From NCBI RefSeq assembly GCF_000143415.4, contig NW_003314286.1, positions 903,643 to 967,642 on the forward strand: 64,000 bases of DNA. The letters are read 5' to 3'. This document shows, piece by piece, positions 25,575 to 38,749 of the stretch. Within the stretch, counting starts at the first letter, position 1, and the number at the start of each line of letters is the position of its first letter. Origin of the DNA: Selaginella moellendorffii. Lineage: Eukaryota; Plantae; Lycopodiophyta. A program made the position numbers and the translations under genes. The notes beneath the pieces are model-generated. The model saw nothing but the letters and a program-made list of their open reading frames with translations. It ran no database searches and had not been told where the DNA came from.

Positions 25575-28191
25575 ATGGATGCCATGGCGCGTGCCGTCAT
25601 CCGTGCTTCCACTCCAGCTTCCTCTTCCTCCGGCTGCAAAATGGGGATCACATCGCATGGAGCTTATCAGGACGACAATCCCATCGATTTCGCGCTCCCC
25701 CTCCTCATGGTCCAAATGTGTATCGTCCTGGCGCTCACTCGCTCGCTGGCGATCGTGATGAAGCCGCTGAGGCAGCCGAGAGTAGTGGCGGAGATCATTG
25801 TAAGTCCCGCGTTTCTTTCGCTCTAGATCGATGATCTTATTTGTTTCTCTTCTTGGCAGGGAGGGATTCTCCTTGGTCCATCGGCATTCGGCAGGAAGCA
25901 AAGCTACATAAACAAGATCTTTCCATCCAAGAGCATCACAGTCCTGGAAACTTTCGCCAACCTGGGACTGATTTTCTTCCTCTTCATGGTCGGCCTGGAG
26001 CTCGACTTAACAGCAGTGATGCGTACAGGGAGGCAGGCTCTGGTGATAGCCGCGGCTGGGATAACTACCCCATTTGCCACCGGAGTGGGAGTCTCAGTAG
26101 TTCTTCGCAACACCATCTCCAAGGAAGGCAAGTTCAGTGCTTTTCTCGTCTTCATGGGGGTGGCCATGTCGATCACGGCGTTCCCGGTGCTGGCACGTAT
26201 TCTCGCAGAGAGGAAACTCTTGACTACCGACGTTGGCCAGATAGCAATGTCCGCAGCAGCAGTGAACGATGTGGTGGCTTGGATTTTGCTGGCACTGGCA
26301 GTAGCTCTCTCCGGCACCGATACGAGCCCGACAGTCGCTATATGGGTGCTGCTTACAGGCCTGGCATATCTGGTGATCATGTTTACGGTGGTCCGACGCT
26401 TTATGACTTGGGTGGCACATCACGTTACTGAGAACGAGCCCGTGAAGGAGCTCTACGTGTGCATCACTTTTGCCGGGGTTCTCGCTTCGGCCTTTGCGAC
26501 GGATGTTATTGGGATCCATTCCATTTTCGGGGCGTTTGTTTTCGGCTTGATCATCCCGAAAGATGGCCCGCTGGCTAAGATTGTTATCGAGAAGGTGGAG
26601 GACTTTGTCATCGTACTGATGCTGCCTTTATACTTCGTTTCCAGTGGATTGAAGACAAACATCCAGTCTATACATGGAGCTAAGTCGGGGGGCCTCACTG
26701 TTTTGGTTATTGCGTCGGCTTGCCTTGGAAAGATCGTCGGCACTTTTGTTCCGGCTGTGGTCTATGGAATCAATCCCAGGAAGGCGATGACTTTGGGATT
26801 TCTTATGAACACGAAGGGACTGGTGGAGCTGATCGTGCTCAACATTGGAAAAGAGAGAGGGGTATGTTGTTTTTGATCAAGTTATGGTCTTTTCTGAGTC
26901 GTTCTCCGTGCTACAGGTGTTGAACGAAGAAACATTTGCAATCATGGTGATCATGGCGTTATTCACGACTTTTATCACGACTCCAATAGTGATGGCGTTG
27001 TACAAACCCGCGAGGACTCCCATCCCATACACGTTGCGAAAGCTGGAGATGTGCACAGTGAATGACGAGCTCCGGGTGGTGGCATGCGTCCATGGGATAA
27101 AAAACGTGCCCGGTATCATCAGCCTGGTGGATCAAGCAAGGGGAAGAAGCAGGCACTCGATGCGGCTCTACATACTCCACCTCGTGGAGCTGTCGGAGAG
27201 GTCATCGGCTATTGTGATGGTACACACGGCAAGGAAGAATGGCCGTCTCACCAAGAGCGCACGGGGCGAGAACCACATCTACGTTGCTTTCGAGGCCTTC
27301 GGTCATCTCAGCGAAGTTAAGGTCCGGCCAATGACAGTCGTCTCCAATTTCTCCGACATGCACGACGATATCTGTGCAACGGCAGCTGACAAGCGGGCAG
27401 CCGTGCTGATCCTGCCTTTCCACAAGATCCGCAGGGCCGACGGGGTTCTAGAGACGCTAAACACAGGATTCCAGTTTGTCAACGACCAAGTCTTGCAGCA
27501 CGCGCCATGCTCGGTCGGGATCTTCATAGACAGGGGGCTCTCGGACGTGTACCACGCACCCGTGCAGCTGGTTCCCAAAAGCGTCTCCCACAGCGTGGCG
27601 GTGTTTTTCTTTGGGGGGCCGGACGATCGCGAGGCCTTGGCGATGGGATGCAGAATGGCCGAGCATCCGGGAGTGAAAGTCAAGGTGATACATTTCCTCT
27701 CCTGCTCCGACGGAGAAGTCGTCACTCGCAGGAAGTCGATCGTCATCTCGACTCGAAAGACGAGCAGGAAGTCCATCTTCCAGAGGGAAGGCGAGCAGCA
27801 CCACTACCACGTCGATCTGGAGGGAGTCGACCTTGAGAAGGAGAAGCAAATCGACATCGACACCATCGCTGCGCTCCGGGAGGAGGACAAGCAAGGGATC
27901 CTGTACGAGCAAGTGCCAGTGGGGGACCCGATCGACGCAGTGATGGACACCGTGAGGAACTGCGAATACAATCTCGTCATCGTTGGCCGGGCTCGGGTAC
28001 CATGCAGATTGATCGCGAGCTTGAACAACTTGGCGCTCGAGTACGAGGAGCTGGGGCCGATTGGGAGTGTCTTGGCCTCGTCGGATCCAAGTATCAAGGC
28101 CTCGGTCCTGGTGATGCAGCAGTACACGAATAAGAACGAGCCCGTCAACCCCGTGCATCCAACTCCCATCACGTCCCCAGAGGTGCCATGA
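25575..28191 (+). CDS. CHX: Cation/H+ antiporter, CHX (CPA2) family, 3 exons
   Basis: PLRQPRVVAEII|GGILLGPS, SITAFPVLARIL, AAAVNDVVAWILL, MNTKGLVELIVL, and C-terminal FFGGPDDREAL and EELGPIG. Confidence 0.95.
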
Positions 28192-28459
28192 AAGTTACTA
28201 CTCTCACAGGCTGATCAATCAATCTCTCCGACTCGGGCTCTCTCGGAGAGCTATGATCGATCCACTGAGAGTTTGCTCTATTCATGTTATAAGAGCTGGT
28301 TACACCACGAGCTCAAAAGGTGGAGCCACAAACTTTTGTCTTCCAGTGGTTTTCTACTCTTGGCCATTGGAGAGTTTGTGAATATTTCGTTAGATGTATT
28401 AACTCCTTGATATATCCTCCATGTATAGCTAAATCCCGAGAAAAAATTATGCTTCTTGT

Positions 28460-31400
28460 CTACGAGCTTGCTTGTTGAATAGCTTCTTTGAGCTTCACAC
28501 CCAGAGCCTTGGCCAAGGGAGGCGGCACAGCGTTACCGATTTGGCGGTGCTTGTTTTGCATGGTGCCAAAGAACTTGTAGCTGTCTGGGAATCCCTGCGA
28601 AAGTAAACACAACAAGCCGTGATCAGAGAGTGTCACACACTTCTTTGAAGAGGTTTGAGTACCTGTGACCGAGCGCACTCACGCACAGTGACTATGCGAT
28701 CTTGCTCCGGGTGGAAACACATGCCGACCTTTCCCATGGGCTGAGGATCCGTGATCGAAGTTGGAAAGTTCCCGTCCCAGTCCAGTCTGCCAAACAGTCC
28801 CTTCCATTGGTTGTGTCGCTCAGCGGTGTTTGGAAGGCACCACGGGATTAAGTCCACTGTCTGGCCAGTGGATAGCTTGACCTGTTGGATCACCGCCAAA
28901 AGTTAGTAGAGACAAACAAACAAACAAACGCAGACGGGCTCCACCTTCTCATCTGGAAGATCGCGCCAGTCTGCTCCAGGGCGCTTTGGAATTCGCTGAC
29001 AGCGAATAAAGTTCAGCTCGTTCATCTCTTTGCAAATGTGATCTCGGAGAACAGTTGCGCCGCCTCTAATGTTCTTCTGGAACCACGACTGTGGTTCATT
29101 GCCATACTGTCAGCCACCTCAATAGTTAGTACCAGAGGAAGAGATAAAACCAGTCACTTACAGGAGTTTCAGGTTTTTCTGTCCCATTCGCCACGGGAGG
29201 AAGGTCTCCTATCGTATCTCGGACGGTAATAGACCGCAATGGAGCACCGCCGCGGGTATCGTCAGCAGCTGCATAGACCGAGTTACCAGACAGCGGTATT
29301 TTCAGTTGCGCGCTCGCGAACACATGTACAGGTTCTGGCCAATCTGGTAGCACTTCATCTGGAGCTGCAGCCCAAATGATCGCACGCGTTCTGGACTGAG
29401 AGATACCATAGTGTCCAGCTTGAAGAATACCAAAACGAACCTGGAGATAATCGATTGAGGGACGACAAAAGATGAGAACAGTGAAAGCTTACCTGGTATC
29501 CCATTTCTAACAACGAAGCTAAAGTGAGACGAAAAGTCTGTCCTTTGTTGAAGGACACAAAATTGCGAACGTTCTCCAAAAGGAAGTAGCGCGGTCGGAA
29601 ATAATCGGCATACGAGAGAAATCCCAGGACCATCTCACATTGGATTTTGCTCCAGTTTCTCTTGTTAAACCTGTTCATACCAGAAAATCCCTGAGAGCGA
29701 AAGAAACACAACGTCAACACTTGGCAAACACAACCATATAAGTTATACCTGGCAGGGAGGACCACCGCTAATAAAATCAACCTCACCCGGCCTGGGTAAA
29801 CTACTTTTCTGGTTCTCGCTGAGCTTAGATGCCATTTCAGCAGCCTCCGGCGTTGAACAGCAATCATCAAGGTCTCCACCTATTTCCATAATAGATCTGC
29901 CATAACAAAGAAATTATTTCAGCACCAGTTTCATGTTTCGGTAAAACAGCTTACCTTAGCACGACGTTGCAGTTGTCAAAAAACACAGTGGCGGTAGGAT
30001 GATTCATTTTAAATGCTTCTGCAGCTGCGTGATCATATTCTATTGCCCACTTTGTTGACGCGATGCCTGTACCAGAGGATATCAGGAGAGAACCACACGA
30101 ACGAAAATACCTGATTGATGAATTCCTTCAGACAGACCACCACAGCCTGCAAAAATGTCAAGCATCGATAGCTTTTCGTCGTTTGCAGAAGTTTCTTTGG
30201 GTTGTCGATCATCTTCAACCAGTTTACCCTTTCCTTTTGCTGATGCTAAACTCGACGCCGCTGGTGGTTTCCCGAGTTTAACATTAGCTGGTAACTGGAA
30301 AGAAGACAAAATGTCAAAACATGAAACGGCATTTCGAGGAACGAACCTGTTTCACAGTTCCTTTCAGTGGGTCATAGACGCAGCTACAGAAAAACAGGTC
30401 CATTAGCGCTTTGGTTTCTGAAGCTACAGTAAACTCCTGCCGCTTCACAACGGTACATTTTCCCCTCACAGCAGCAAGAGATATCGTGGTTGTCCGTTCA
30501 CAGAAATAGACCTGCATGAAAGGAAGTACAAAAGTACATATAAAGAAGAAAAACAAAACGAAGTACCTCGTGAACATCGGCTTTATAAGCCTTTCCCAAG
30601 TCGACGTCTTCGGGCCTGTAGAACTTCCGAACTGTCAATTGCTCCGCACCTGTTTTTGACGATGGTATGATATCCATGAGCTGGCAGATCGTAAAAGCCC
30701 GAAGACCCTTGTTTCTACCACCTTTGAACTTCTGAATTTCGTCCTGTGATTGAGTCATTATTTGAGTTATATCGACGTATACGAAGTCGTTGATGTGGTA
30801 TTCCACGCCCTGGAACCGGAAGCCTTGAAGATTCGCAAACAGTGACAAGCTATCCTTTGTCTTTGCCTCTTCCCTTGATTTACAGCCTTCACACACTCCG
30901 GTTCCCAAAGCCAGCTTATCATGCGGAATGCGAAAGAAGCCGCCCTTCTCAGGAACATAGATAGCTTGACAAAAGTACTCTGTCGGAAGACCTTTAATTT
31001 CCCTGTCGCGACCTCGTTCCCGTTCTTCCTCGTCGGCCGTAGCATTATCCTTCCTGTGCATGTGACCCCACGGACGTCGTCTAAGTTCCACCGTCACGAT
31101 CTCTTTCGCATCCCTGACCTCTACGTTGTCACAACTACCGGTGAGAAACAATTCCCGCTTGGAAGCTGCGTCGCCTAAAACTGTGCTTTCTCCTTTCACC
31201 AGTACCCTGCCGTGAACCATGCTACGCCCATTGGCCTTGTACAGGTACTCCACGAGTAAAAATGCGTCCTCAGCACCTTCGACTTCGTAACGAACAGCTT
31301 CGCCAGGCTTAATCAGATGACCACGAATAGCCTTTGCATCAGCCTTCTGATCTTGCTGGCGCCTAACATTTTCAGCTTCAGGTTCGCAGGTACCATCTTC

Positions 31401-33500
31401 ATTGTATGTGGAACAATAATCGCTCCAGATGCGATTAACAAGCTGCGTCGTCGTTGCACGCATGGGCTTTGTTTTGGAAGCATCTGGCTGTAGGCTTCCC
31501 CTGGGATTAAGATTTCTGCCCCGAAGAAGCTTTTTCTTGGAGACCTTGAGCTTGGTATGGTGCCTTTCCTCCATCATTTTCAAAAGCCCAGTCACAAAAG
31601 AACTCTTCCTGATGGTGTCGTCTGCGAACTTAAAATGTTAGAAATCGGAAAGAACAGTAAGTTAACACGTAAAAACTGACCAGGGAATTCTGAAAACTGT
31701 TGCAGGAGGATCTGTCCGTGCACCACAACAAACCTCTCCACATCTGCTACTTTCGAGCCAACAAAAGTGTCACTATCTTGAGTTTGGTCAGTAAGCCGCT
31801 TGACGACGTCTGGAAAAGAAAGACGAGAAACGCGACTTACAACCTTCAGCATTGTAATGATGTGCCTAGCCAGTCTCGCCGTTTTCAAAACTGGACTATA
31901 CCATGCTGCATACTGAGCAGATGGAGGTCCCAGCCTGTACCAAGCACCAGCCGTCCTGATAGAGATACTCAATATCTTGGCACCGAACTCTATCTTCCAT
32001 TCCTTAATTGAACTCAAATAAACTCGCAGAAGGTTCTCGTTATGCGTGGTAGAAGCCGCATCATCTACGAACAAAAAAACACAATAAAATGAATCCTTTC
32101 GGCTGGTAGAGCTTAGCTGACTTACCGGGCTCATTGTCCATACAATACTCAAAGTTGTCCTCCGTTACAAGGCCCGAGCCGAAGACTTCGACGTCCGTCT
32201 CTGCACCGCTAACCATGGGAAGAAGTTCCAAGGACACAAACCGCATGTCCGAGTTGTACAGGGCCCAGTCATAGAGCATGCGGTGCTCCAGCTCCCCATC
32301 ATCACCGCTCATGACAAGGTACTCGTCCGTCTCCTCCTCTTCAGGCTTGTAGAACTCCGGAAATGGATAATCCACCGCAAGCTCGTCCTCGTTGATCTTG
32401 ATGTAACTCTTTGCCTTAGCTCCGCCGCTCCTCATTCTCATGGCTCGCTCCTCCCGTTCCTGGAGAAGCTGCGCATACTGCGCATCGCCAGCATACTGAT
32501 CCGTCAAGCCGCTTGAGTGCTCGGACGACGGATTGGAACCGTCGGGCTCGTTGATCGTCAAAGTTCCATTCTTCCTCCCATGACACGCCAAACTAACGTC
32601 CTCCATGCGACAAGAAGCCGACTCCTTCTCTAGTGCCACCAGCGCTGGCAAGCCCGTAAAAACCTGGTCGCCATCCGAAGCACTTACGTCCATTGCCTTA
32701 AGCTGGCTGGACACAAAGCCTCCGATCGAGATGAGGTACTCCCGACTAAAAGGCTGCGACAAAGACGTCTTCTTGGACCGTCGCGCTACCTGTGCCACAA
32801 GGCTCTCGAGTGGAAGCTCTGGATCACCACCATCCGGCTTGGAAAGAGCCTTAAAGACCGCTATACACAGGGACGACTTGTCCGCAAGAGCGCTGTACCA
32901 AGTCTTGTAGCTGGCGGCCGGCTTGCAGCAAATGTAGTCGCCAGCCTCGGTGCAAATCCACACGACGAGCACACCATCCTCGTATCCGGAGATGCACCAA
33001 GACTCCAAAGGCCCGAAGCTTTGGCATCGAAACCCCCGCTGCTTCTCCAAGAGCCCCGTCACTGGAAGAATGGTCGCCGTCACGAAGAGCGGCACCGTCT
33101 CGAGGATCTCGATCGGCTGCTCCGCGCCCTGCCCGTCGTGGACCACGAAATCCAGGAGTCTCCTCTGCGGCTTTTCTTTCTTGCCCTCGCCCCCTTCTCG
33201 CGTCCTCATGATCGCCGTCGCCTCGGAATCCGCCAGACGGGGCTCCGGCTTAACCTCGATCACATTTTCTGCCTCGATCGCTTCCTCTTCGTCTTCTTTC
33301 TCTTCCAGGTTCTTGATGGCCGCCCGGCGGGGCCGGGGCCGCTTGCAGCCGCTACCAGTGTTGTGAAATGCGGTGACGGAGATGATCTCGACATCGCTGG
33401 AGTCGCTGTGGTGAGAAGCATCAGACCTGGGCGGATTGCGGGCGGCGGGGGCCGCAGCATTGTTCTTCAAGCGCTTCTTCCTCCCGCGATGAACCGCCAT
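28460..33500 (-). CDS. MET1: DNA (cytosine-5) methyltransferase, MET1/DNMT1 type, multi-exon
   Basis: Two RFTS-like regions; BAH domains ([10 protein letters not shown]); motif [13 protein letters not shown]; GGPPCQ|GFSGMNRF; LLENVRNF; [17 protein letters not shown]; [12 protein letters not shown]. Confidence 0.96.
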
Positions 33501-33642
33501 GGCCGGACTCCTGTTTCTCTGTAGAACAACCTAGCCTAAAAAGCCCTTAAACCCTACAAAGAGCAGGGCGCGCCCGATATTCCCGCTTCAGGTTTTGAAT
33601 GGGGATTCTCAATTAAAGTCGTTAAGAATAATTATTGTATAG

Positions 33643-34900
33643 CTGTTACCGTTTTATAAAATCAAACCTGGTAAGGTGATGCTAATGACAATGGTGTCCA
33701 GTTTGGTCGAGCCCTAACCGAGTGCTGAGGTGGCAAGTGGGAGTTCGAGAGGGAGGATGGGAGGAAAGAAGTAATGGGCATTGCATGTGAGCATGAAGGG
33801 TGTTCTATAGTGTGTTTTAGTGGTTTGGAGGTTGATCTCTTTTGATTTCTCTGATTTCTTTGCTTGTGTCCATGAATGGAGGGTTAGTCCCTATTTTGGT
33901 GGAGGTGAGGGTAGCCACATTGCTGAGTGCTCTCACAAGCAGTGTGTGGCTATCCATTCTTGGACCATATGTGGAAAATTGACAATTGCTAAATTGAGCA
34001 TCATAAGTGATTGTTAATTTGAGCAATATAAATAGAGCTTGCTTTGGGTGGAGACTTTTAGTGAGATGCTAAAGGCGTTGCTAGAAAGTAATGCAGAAAA
34101 TCAAGGCAAAAAGCCTGATTTTTGAGGCATAGCAAATGAGCCAAACAAAAGAGCTGTTTGAACATCCCATGCATGTGAAAGGAAGCTTATTGTGGCTAGT
34201 ATGGCTAGTGTTGAGCATGCTAGCATTTCTTTTTTGGGGGAATGGCAAGTACTGAGGCAAATGCTACTCAGATGTAAAGAATGAATGAGAGAAAATCCCA
34301 AAGGTTGTATTCATTGAGTAAATTGTCAAAAGGCCAGGGTTAATGGCTCTGAAATCAACAAGCTATGGTGGTTTAAAATTTTTTCAAGTTTATGTAGAAG
34401 ATTGCAGAGAGTTGCTTTTGATTCTAGTGGTTGGTTACCTTAGCAAGATAAGAATAAGTGTGAATGATGTATTGTAAGTGGATGTTGGCTTGGCTTAGAG
34501 CATGGAGGTTGAGGTTTGATCTGTAGATATGATACAAATGTAAAAATGTAAGAAGAGAAAATGGGTATGTACATCTTAATTTAGGAGGAAAGCATGCATA
34601 ATATTTGTTAAATTTGGTATTTTGTTTTGTGTGAGGACACACAAATTTTAACGGGGGAAAGATTGCTACATATGTAACGGGCTAAGGTGACACTAATGAC
34701 AATTTAGTCAAGCCCTAACCAAGTGCTAAGGTGGCAAGTGGGTGAGCCAGGGTTCTTGGTTTGAGAGGGAGGATGGGAGGAGAGAAGTGATTGACCTTGG
34801 ATGTGAGTACATGAAGTGTTTTGTAGTGTATTCTGGTGGTTTAGAGGTTGATTTCTCTGGTTTTTTTTGTGTCCATGAATGGAGAGCCGGTCCCTGTTTG
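33643..34900 (+). repeat. Pair of diverged ~230-260 bp direct repeats (33643-33900 and ~34664-34900); possibly the LTRs of a decayed small element
   Basis: Shared blocks TAAGGTGA..CTAATGACAAT, GCCCTAACC..GTGGCAAGTGGG, GAGAGGGAGGATGGGAGGA and TGTGTCCATGAATGGAG; purine tract GGGGGAAAGAT precedes the second copy. Confidence 0.65.
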
Positions 34901-34985
34901 ATGTGTTAAATATGTTAGGATTTAGGGTTTAAAAAGATTCTAAGAATATTTCTACTAGGGTTTTACGGTTAATCTTATACTATTA

Positions 34986-36996
34986 TTAGCAATTACCCAG
35001 CAAATGCTGGGTGGCTGGCAAATTTCATGCCATTTTAAAAGATTTGCTGAGCTTAGCTATATTTGCTGTTTGATCAACTTAAGTGTCTAAGGATAACTCT
35101 CAAAATCTAGAAGAAAGAACTTTACAAAAAAAAGTCTTGAAGCTAAACTAACCTATCATAGTTAGTAATTGATTCAGTAATTAGAAGCTTTACGGAGAGA
35201 GATCCATGCATCACCAGAAGCTTGAAATGATTCAAGCCTCTTGATTCTATACATCTAGATGTGCAAATGATTGATCGTGGCAGTGGAAGCTATGGTAGTA
35301 GAAATCGAGTTAGCCTAGGAAAAGAATTGTTGAGAAAAAAAGGGATCACTCACTTGTAGCCACATTGCAAAAGTGGATGTGATGAGTGGTAATCTCCCTA
35401 AACCCTACTGTGCACATGCCTTGACGTGATAAAATTTAAGGAGCTGGAGAGCCAACATGGATTCACAAACTTGCTCATCCATCTTGTAGAAATGCAGCGG
35501 TAGAGAAAAGCTATGGGGTGAAAACGTTTCATCGTAAATATGCGTGCATAGTGACTTTACTTCTGTGACTGGTTTTAACACATGTCCTCAAACTCTGATC
35601 TGGCATTGTAATTAACGAAAAGTTCAGCAAATTTGCAAAAGAAATAATACCTTTGAGTCATCTGCTCCTGACCCAGCACCATTTTATTAGTGCACATGTC
35701 AAATAGTTTTGGTTACAGAAAAAAACAGAAAGAATTTCTTACCAAACATCTGTGAGCATAGCTTCTCCACTTGAAGGAAAGTAACTCAGCCTCATCTCCA
35801 AGCAGACACAGGTGAGTTCCCTAGTGACTATGACTAGGACACACTTCTCTTCACCACCTCGTAGACAGCAAATCTGCAAATCCGCACCAAGGCTCACTCG
35901 TTGTTATCTCAGCTTTCTCTCCACACATTTCGAATTTGCAGCATGTATTATGTTATTTTATTTTTGTCCATGATATCTTACTTGTCAGGGAGAACTTCGG
36001 TTTACAAAGGCATTCCTCTACAATGTTCTCTTGCAATGGTTGCAAGTCCAGGGTGCTCATCTTGCTCATGAAATTTTTGAAGTTAAAAGTGACATTAATA
36101 AAACTGATCAGCATTTGAATCACTCGGCCTCGGGGCAGCAATTGCCCGAATTCCTAGTTCCCAGCTCCATCTCGACCGTTTTGGACGCAACTTCGATTCC
36201 AAGAACCCTAAAAATAGCAAAATAAATGTGAAAACTGAGAGTGCAGTCACAACAAAAATAATGGCTACCCTATCAGCACTCCTTTGCACTTTGTCGTTTC
36301 TTCGCAAATATTGAGCAACCATGCCTGAGGATAAGAGCAGCATTTGAGATACAGATTGATCCATGGCCCCCCTAACCACAGCTCTAAAACTCCAAAACAG
36401 AAGTCTCTTTACTTTCCAATGTAGAAAAAAAAGAAGGAAATTAATACAGATAGACCACTCAAAGTTCCACTGCCCCGATTTATCTCAATAAAGATTACAA
36501 CTCATATGATGAGGAAAAACCGTTCATGACAAAAAATACGAAGACTGAGATCAGAATCAGAATCTCTATAGCTTCTCTCCGCAAATCCATGCCAATTCTT
36601 TCACTATGTCAAGAATAGGGAAATCTTACATTAGGAATCGATTCATCTGCCTAGCTCAATCCATCAGTGCTGACGTGTGCAATTGAACTGAAATTCAGAG
36701 AGAGCCTATGCCACAAAAGCTGGATTCTATCCTGGCACACTCCCTCACCAGCCCTGCCTGTGGTGCTGCTCACGCACCACAAGCAGAGCAGCCATGGAAC
36801 CCTAGTAGTGCATCACGCCCTCTTCCCTCCCTATGCTTGCCACCCATTGACCGCCACAACATTGAGCCAATATTCTCACAAACCATGGCCCTTGCCTAGG
36901 CCTGGGGCTTACTGGGAACCATGGCTCCCAACGCTGCCCTGGGCTTGGAATTGGACGGCTGCAGGGGTTTGGGCCCTTCGTTCTTATATATATAGA
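34986..36996 (-). mobile_element. Non-autonomous Helitron (~2 kb) with captured gene fragments
   Basis: Minus strand begins A|TCTATATATATAAG (36996) and ends with a perfect hairpin ACCCAGCA-TT-TGCTGGGT (34995-35012), then CTAA|T (CTRR, A/T target). The interior has broken ORFs and splice-like sites. Confidence 0.7.
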
Positions 36997-37302
36997 TAAA
37001 GTTGTAATATAGTGCAATGTATATGCATTTTTTAATTCAATTTCAAGGGATGTTAACTGTTGGTTACAAGAATATAAAATGCAACATGGCAAGGTAATAT
37101 TTTTCTTGTAAATTCAAGTTTCCTCATTCAACAAGGTTTATTTATCATTTCATGATTATAAAAATTTAATTAGGATCCTAGATCATATCACTAATTAAAT
37201 TATATGTTTAGTATTATTTTATTTTTAGTAACTTCCAAACAGCAAAAGCTTATCAATGCTAATATATAGGTTTTAACAGGGAAGGTATATAGCTAAGCTA
37301 TA

Positions 37303-38139
37303 ATGGCTATCTTAGTCAGAATGTTTATAGTTTTAATACTTAAATTTTTCTATTTGAAAGAGACTATTGCACCACCAAGTGTGAGATTTGGAACGCCCAG
37401 AATATTAAATACTCAAGATATGGTAAAAGTTATTGGCTTAATTACAGATTTAATAAATAAAATTCACTACAAAACAGATTATGCTCGTAATTATGGAGAT
37501 GGAGGATCTGTTACTGTTTCATGTGGAATTGTAAATATAGAAATTAAATCAAAATACCAATGCTCTATAAGTGAGACAGTGGTACAAACAAAGGGAAGAA
37601 ACTTAATAGCTGGTTTTGAAAGACTTTTATATCCATATATAAGTATGCTTAATCAAAAGCTTTATGATTATTTTGTAAATGAAAATGATGGTTTTTTCAT
37701 ACAATATAAGCTAGAAAAGCGGGAAGAACTTCTTCAAAAAGATAAATTGTTTGATAGTTTTTATTTATGCATTCTTGAATCTAATACACTTATTAGCCCT
37801 ATGATTTTTTATAGTGGTAACTTTTTAGTCTCTCCTAATAAAAAAGCTATTTTAATTTTAAAAACAGATTGCAATCTTGTTCTTTATTTCCAGAAAACTC
37901 AAATTTGGGAGTCACATACATCACAAAACATTAGTGTTTATTGTGTATTAAAATTTCAAACTAATGGTGATTGCATTTTATACAATAATTACAAAATAAT
38001 TTGGAGAACTAATACTCAATTTACAAGTTCCTTAAAACTTTTTTATTTTACTGTTCAGAATGATTGTAATTTGGTAATTTCTACTGTAGAATTTCCAAAT
38101 AAAATATGGTGGGCATTAAGTTCTCATTCTTTATGTTAG
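37303..38139 (+). CDS. Secreted protein with an unknown N-terminal domain and a C-terminal bulb-type (GNA/B-lectin) domain; intronless, very AT-rich
   Basis: Hydrophobic N-terminus; three degenerate QxDxNxVxY repeats (KTDCNLVLY, QTNGDCILY, QNDCNLVIS), each followed by an IW-like motif. Confidence 0.75.
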   Translation: MAILVRMFIVLILKFFYLKETIAPPSVRFGTPRILNTQDMVKVIGLITDLINKIHYKTDYARNYGDGGSVTVSCGIVNIEIKSKYQCSISETVVQTKGRNLIAGFERLLYPYISMLNQKLYDYFVNENDGFFIQYKLEKREELLQKDKLFDSFYLCILESNTLISPMIFYSGNFLVSPNKKAILILKTDCNLVLYFQKTQIWESHTSQNISVYCVLKFQTNGDCILYNNYKIIWRTNTQFTSSLKLFYFTVQNDCNLVISTVEFPNKIWWALSSHSLC

Positions 38140-38749
38140 AACAACAGTTATAAAATAGATAATAACTCCCCTAATAGATAAATTAGAGCATAAGTTTATA
38201 ATTATATTTCTGTAATACTCAAACAAGTTTATCCTAAGTATTACTAGAACCCATTTCAATTATTAGTATTAAACCCCAAAAATATGTAATTCATTTGCCT
38301 TAATTAACTCTGTGTCCTTGATTTCATCACTTATTTCAGAGAAGCTTTCATAGTGGATTTTTTCCTAAACGACGTTGCTTTTTGAGCTCCAAACAAAAAA
38401 GTATATGTCAACGTGAATAACCAAGTTTTTTTCTAACTAATATACAAAATACTTGTTTAATGATTAAAAACATGGGCTTTAAAAACCAAAAGGAACATTG
38501 CCAAAGCCCCAGAGAACGAGAAGAAAAAAACAAACAGCACGAAAGTACACAGCCAGCGTCCAAAAGAAAACAGCAACCTGTTCAGAGAAAAAAGAAGACA
38601 AACCAAAAAGGATGAAAAGTAACGAGCACCACGAGACGAAAGCGATGAAAACCTGTGCTCCTCACTCTTCTTCCACCACCGTCATGTAACCTGGATGTGC
38701 GCTGCCGTGTGAGAGTTTGCAGGAGGCCGCCAGTGTTAACACCGAAGGA

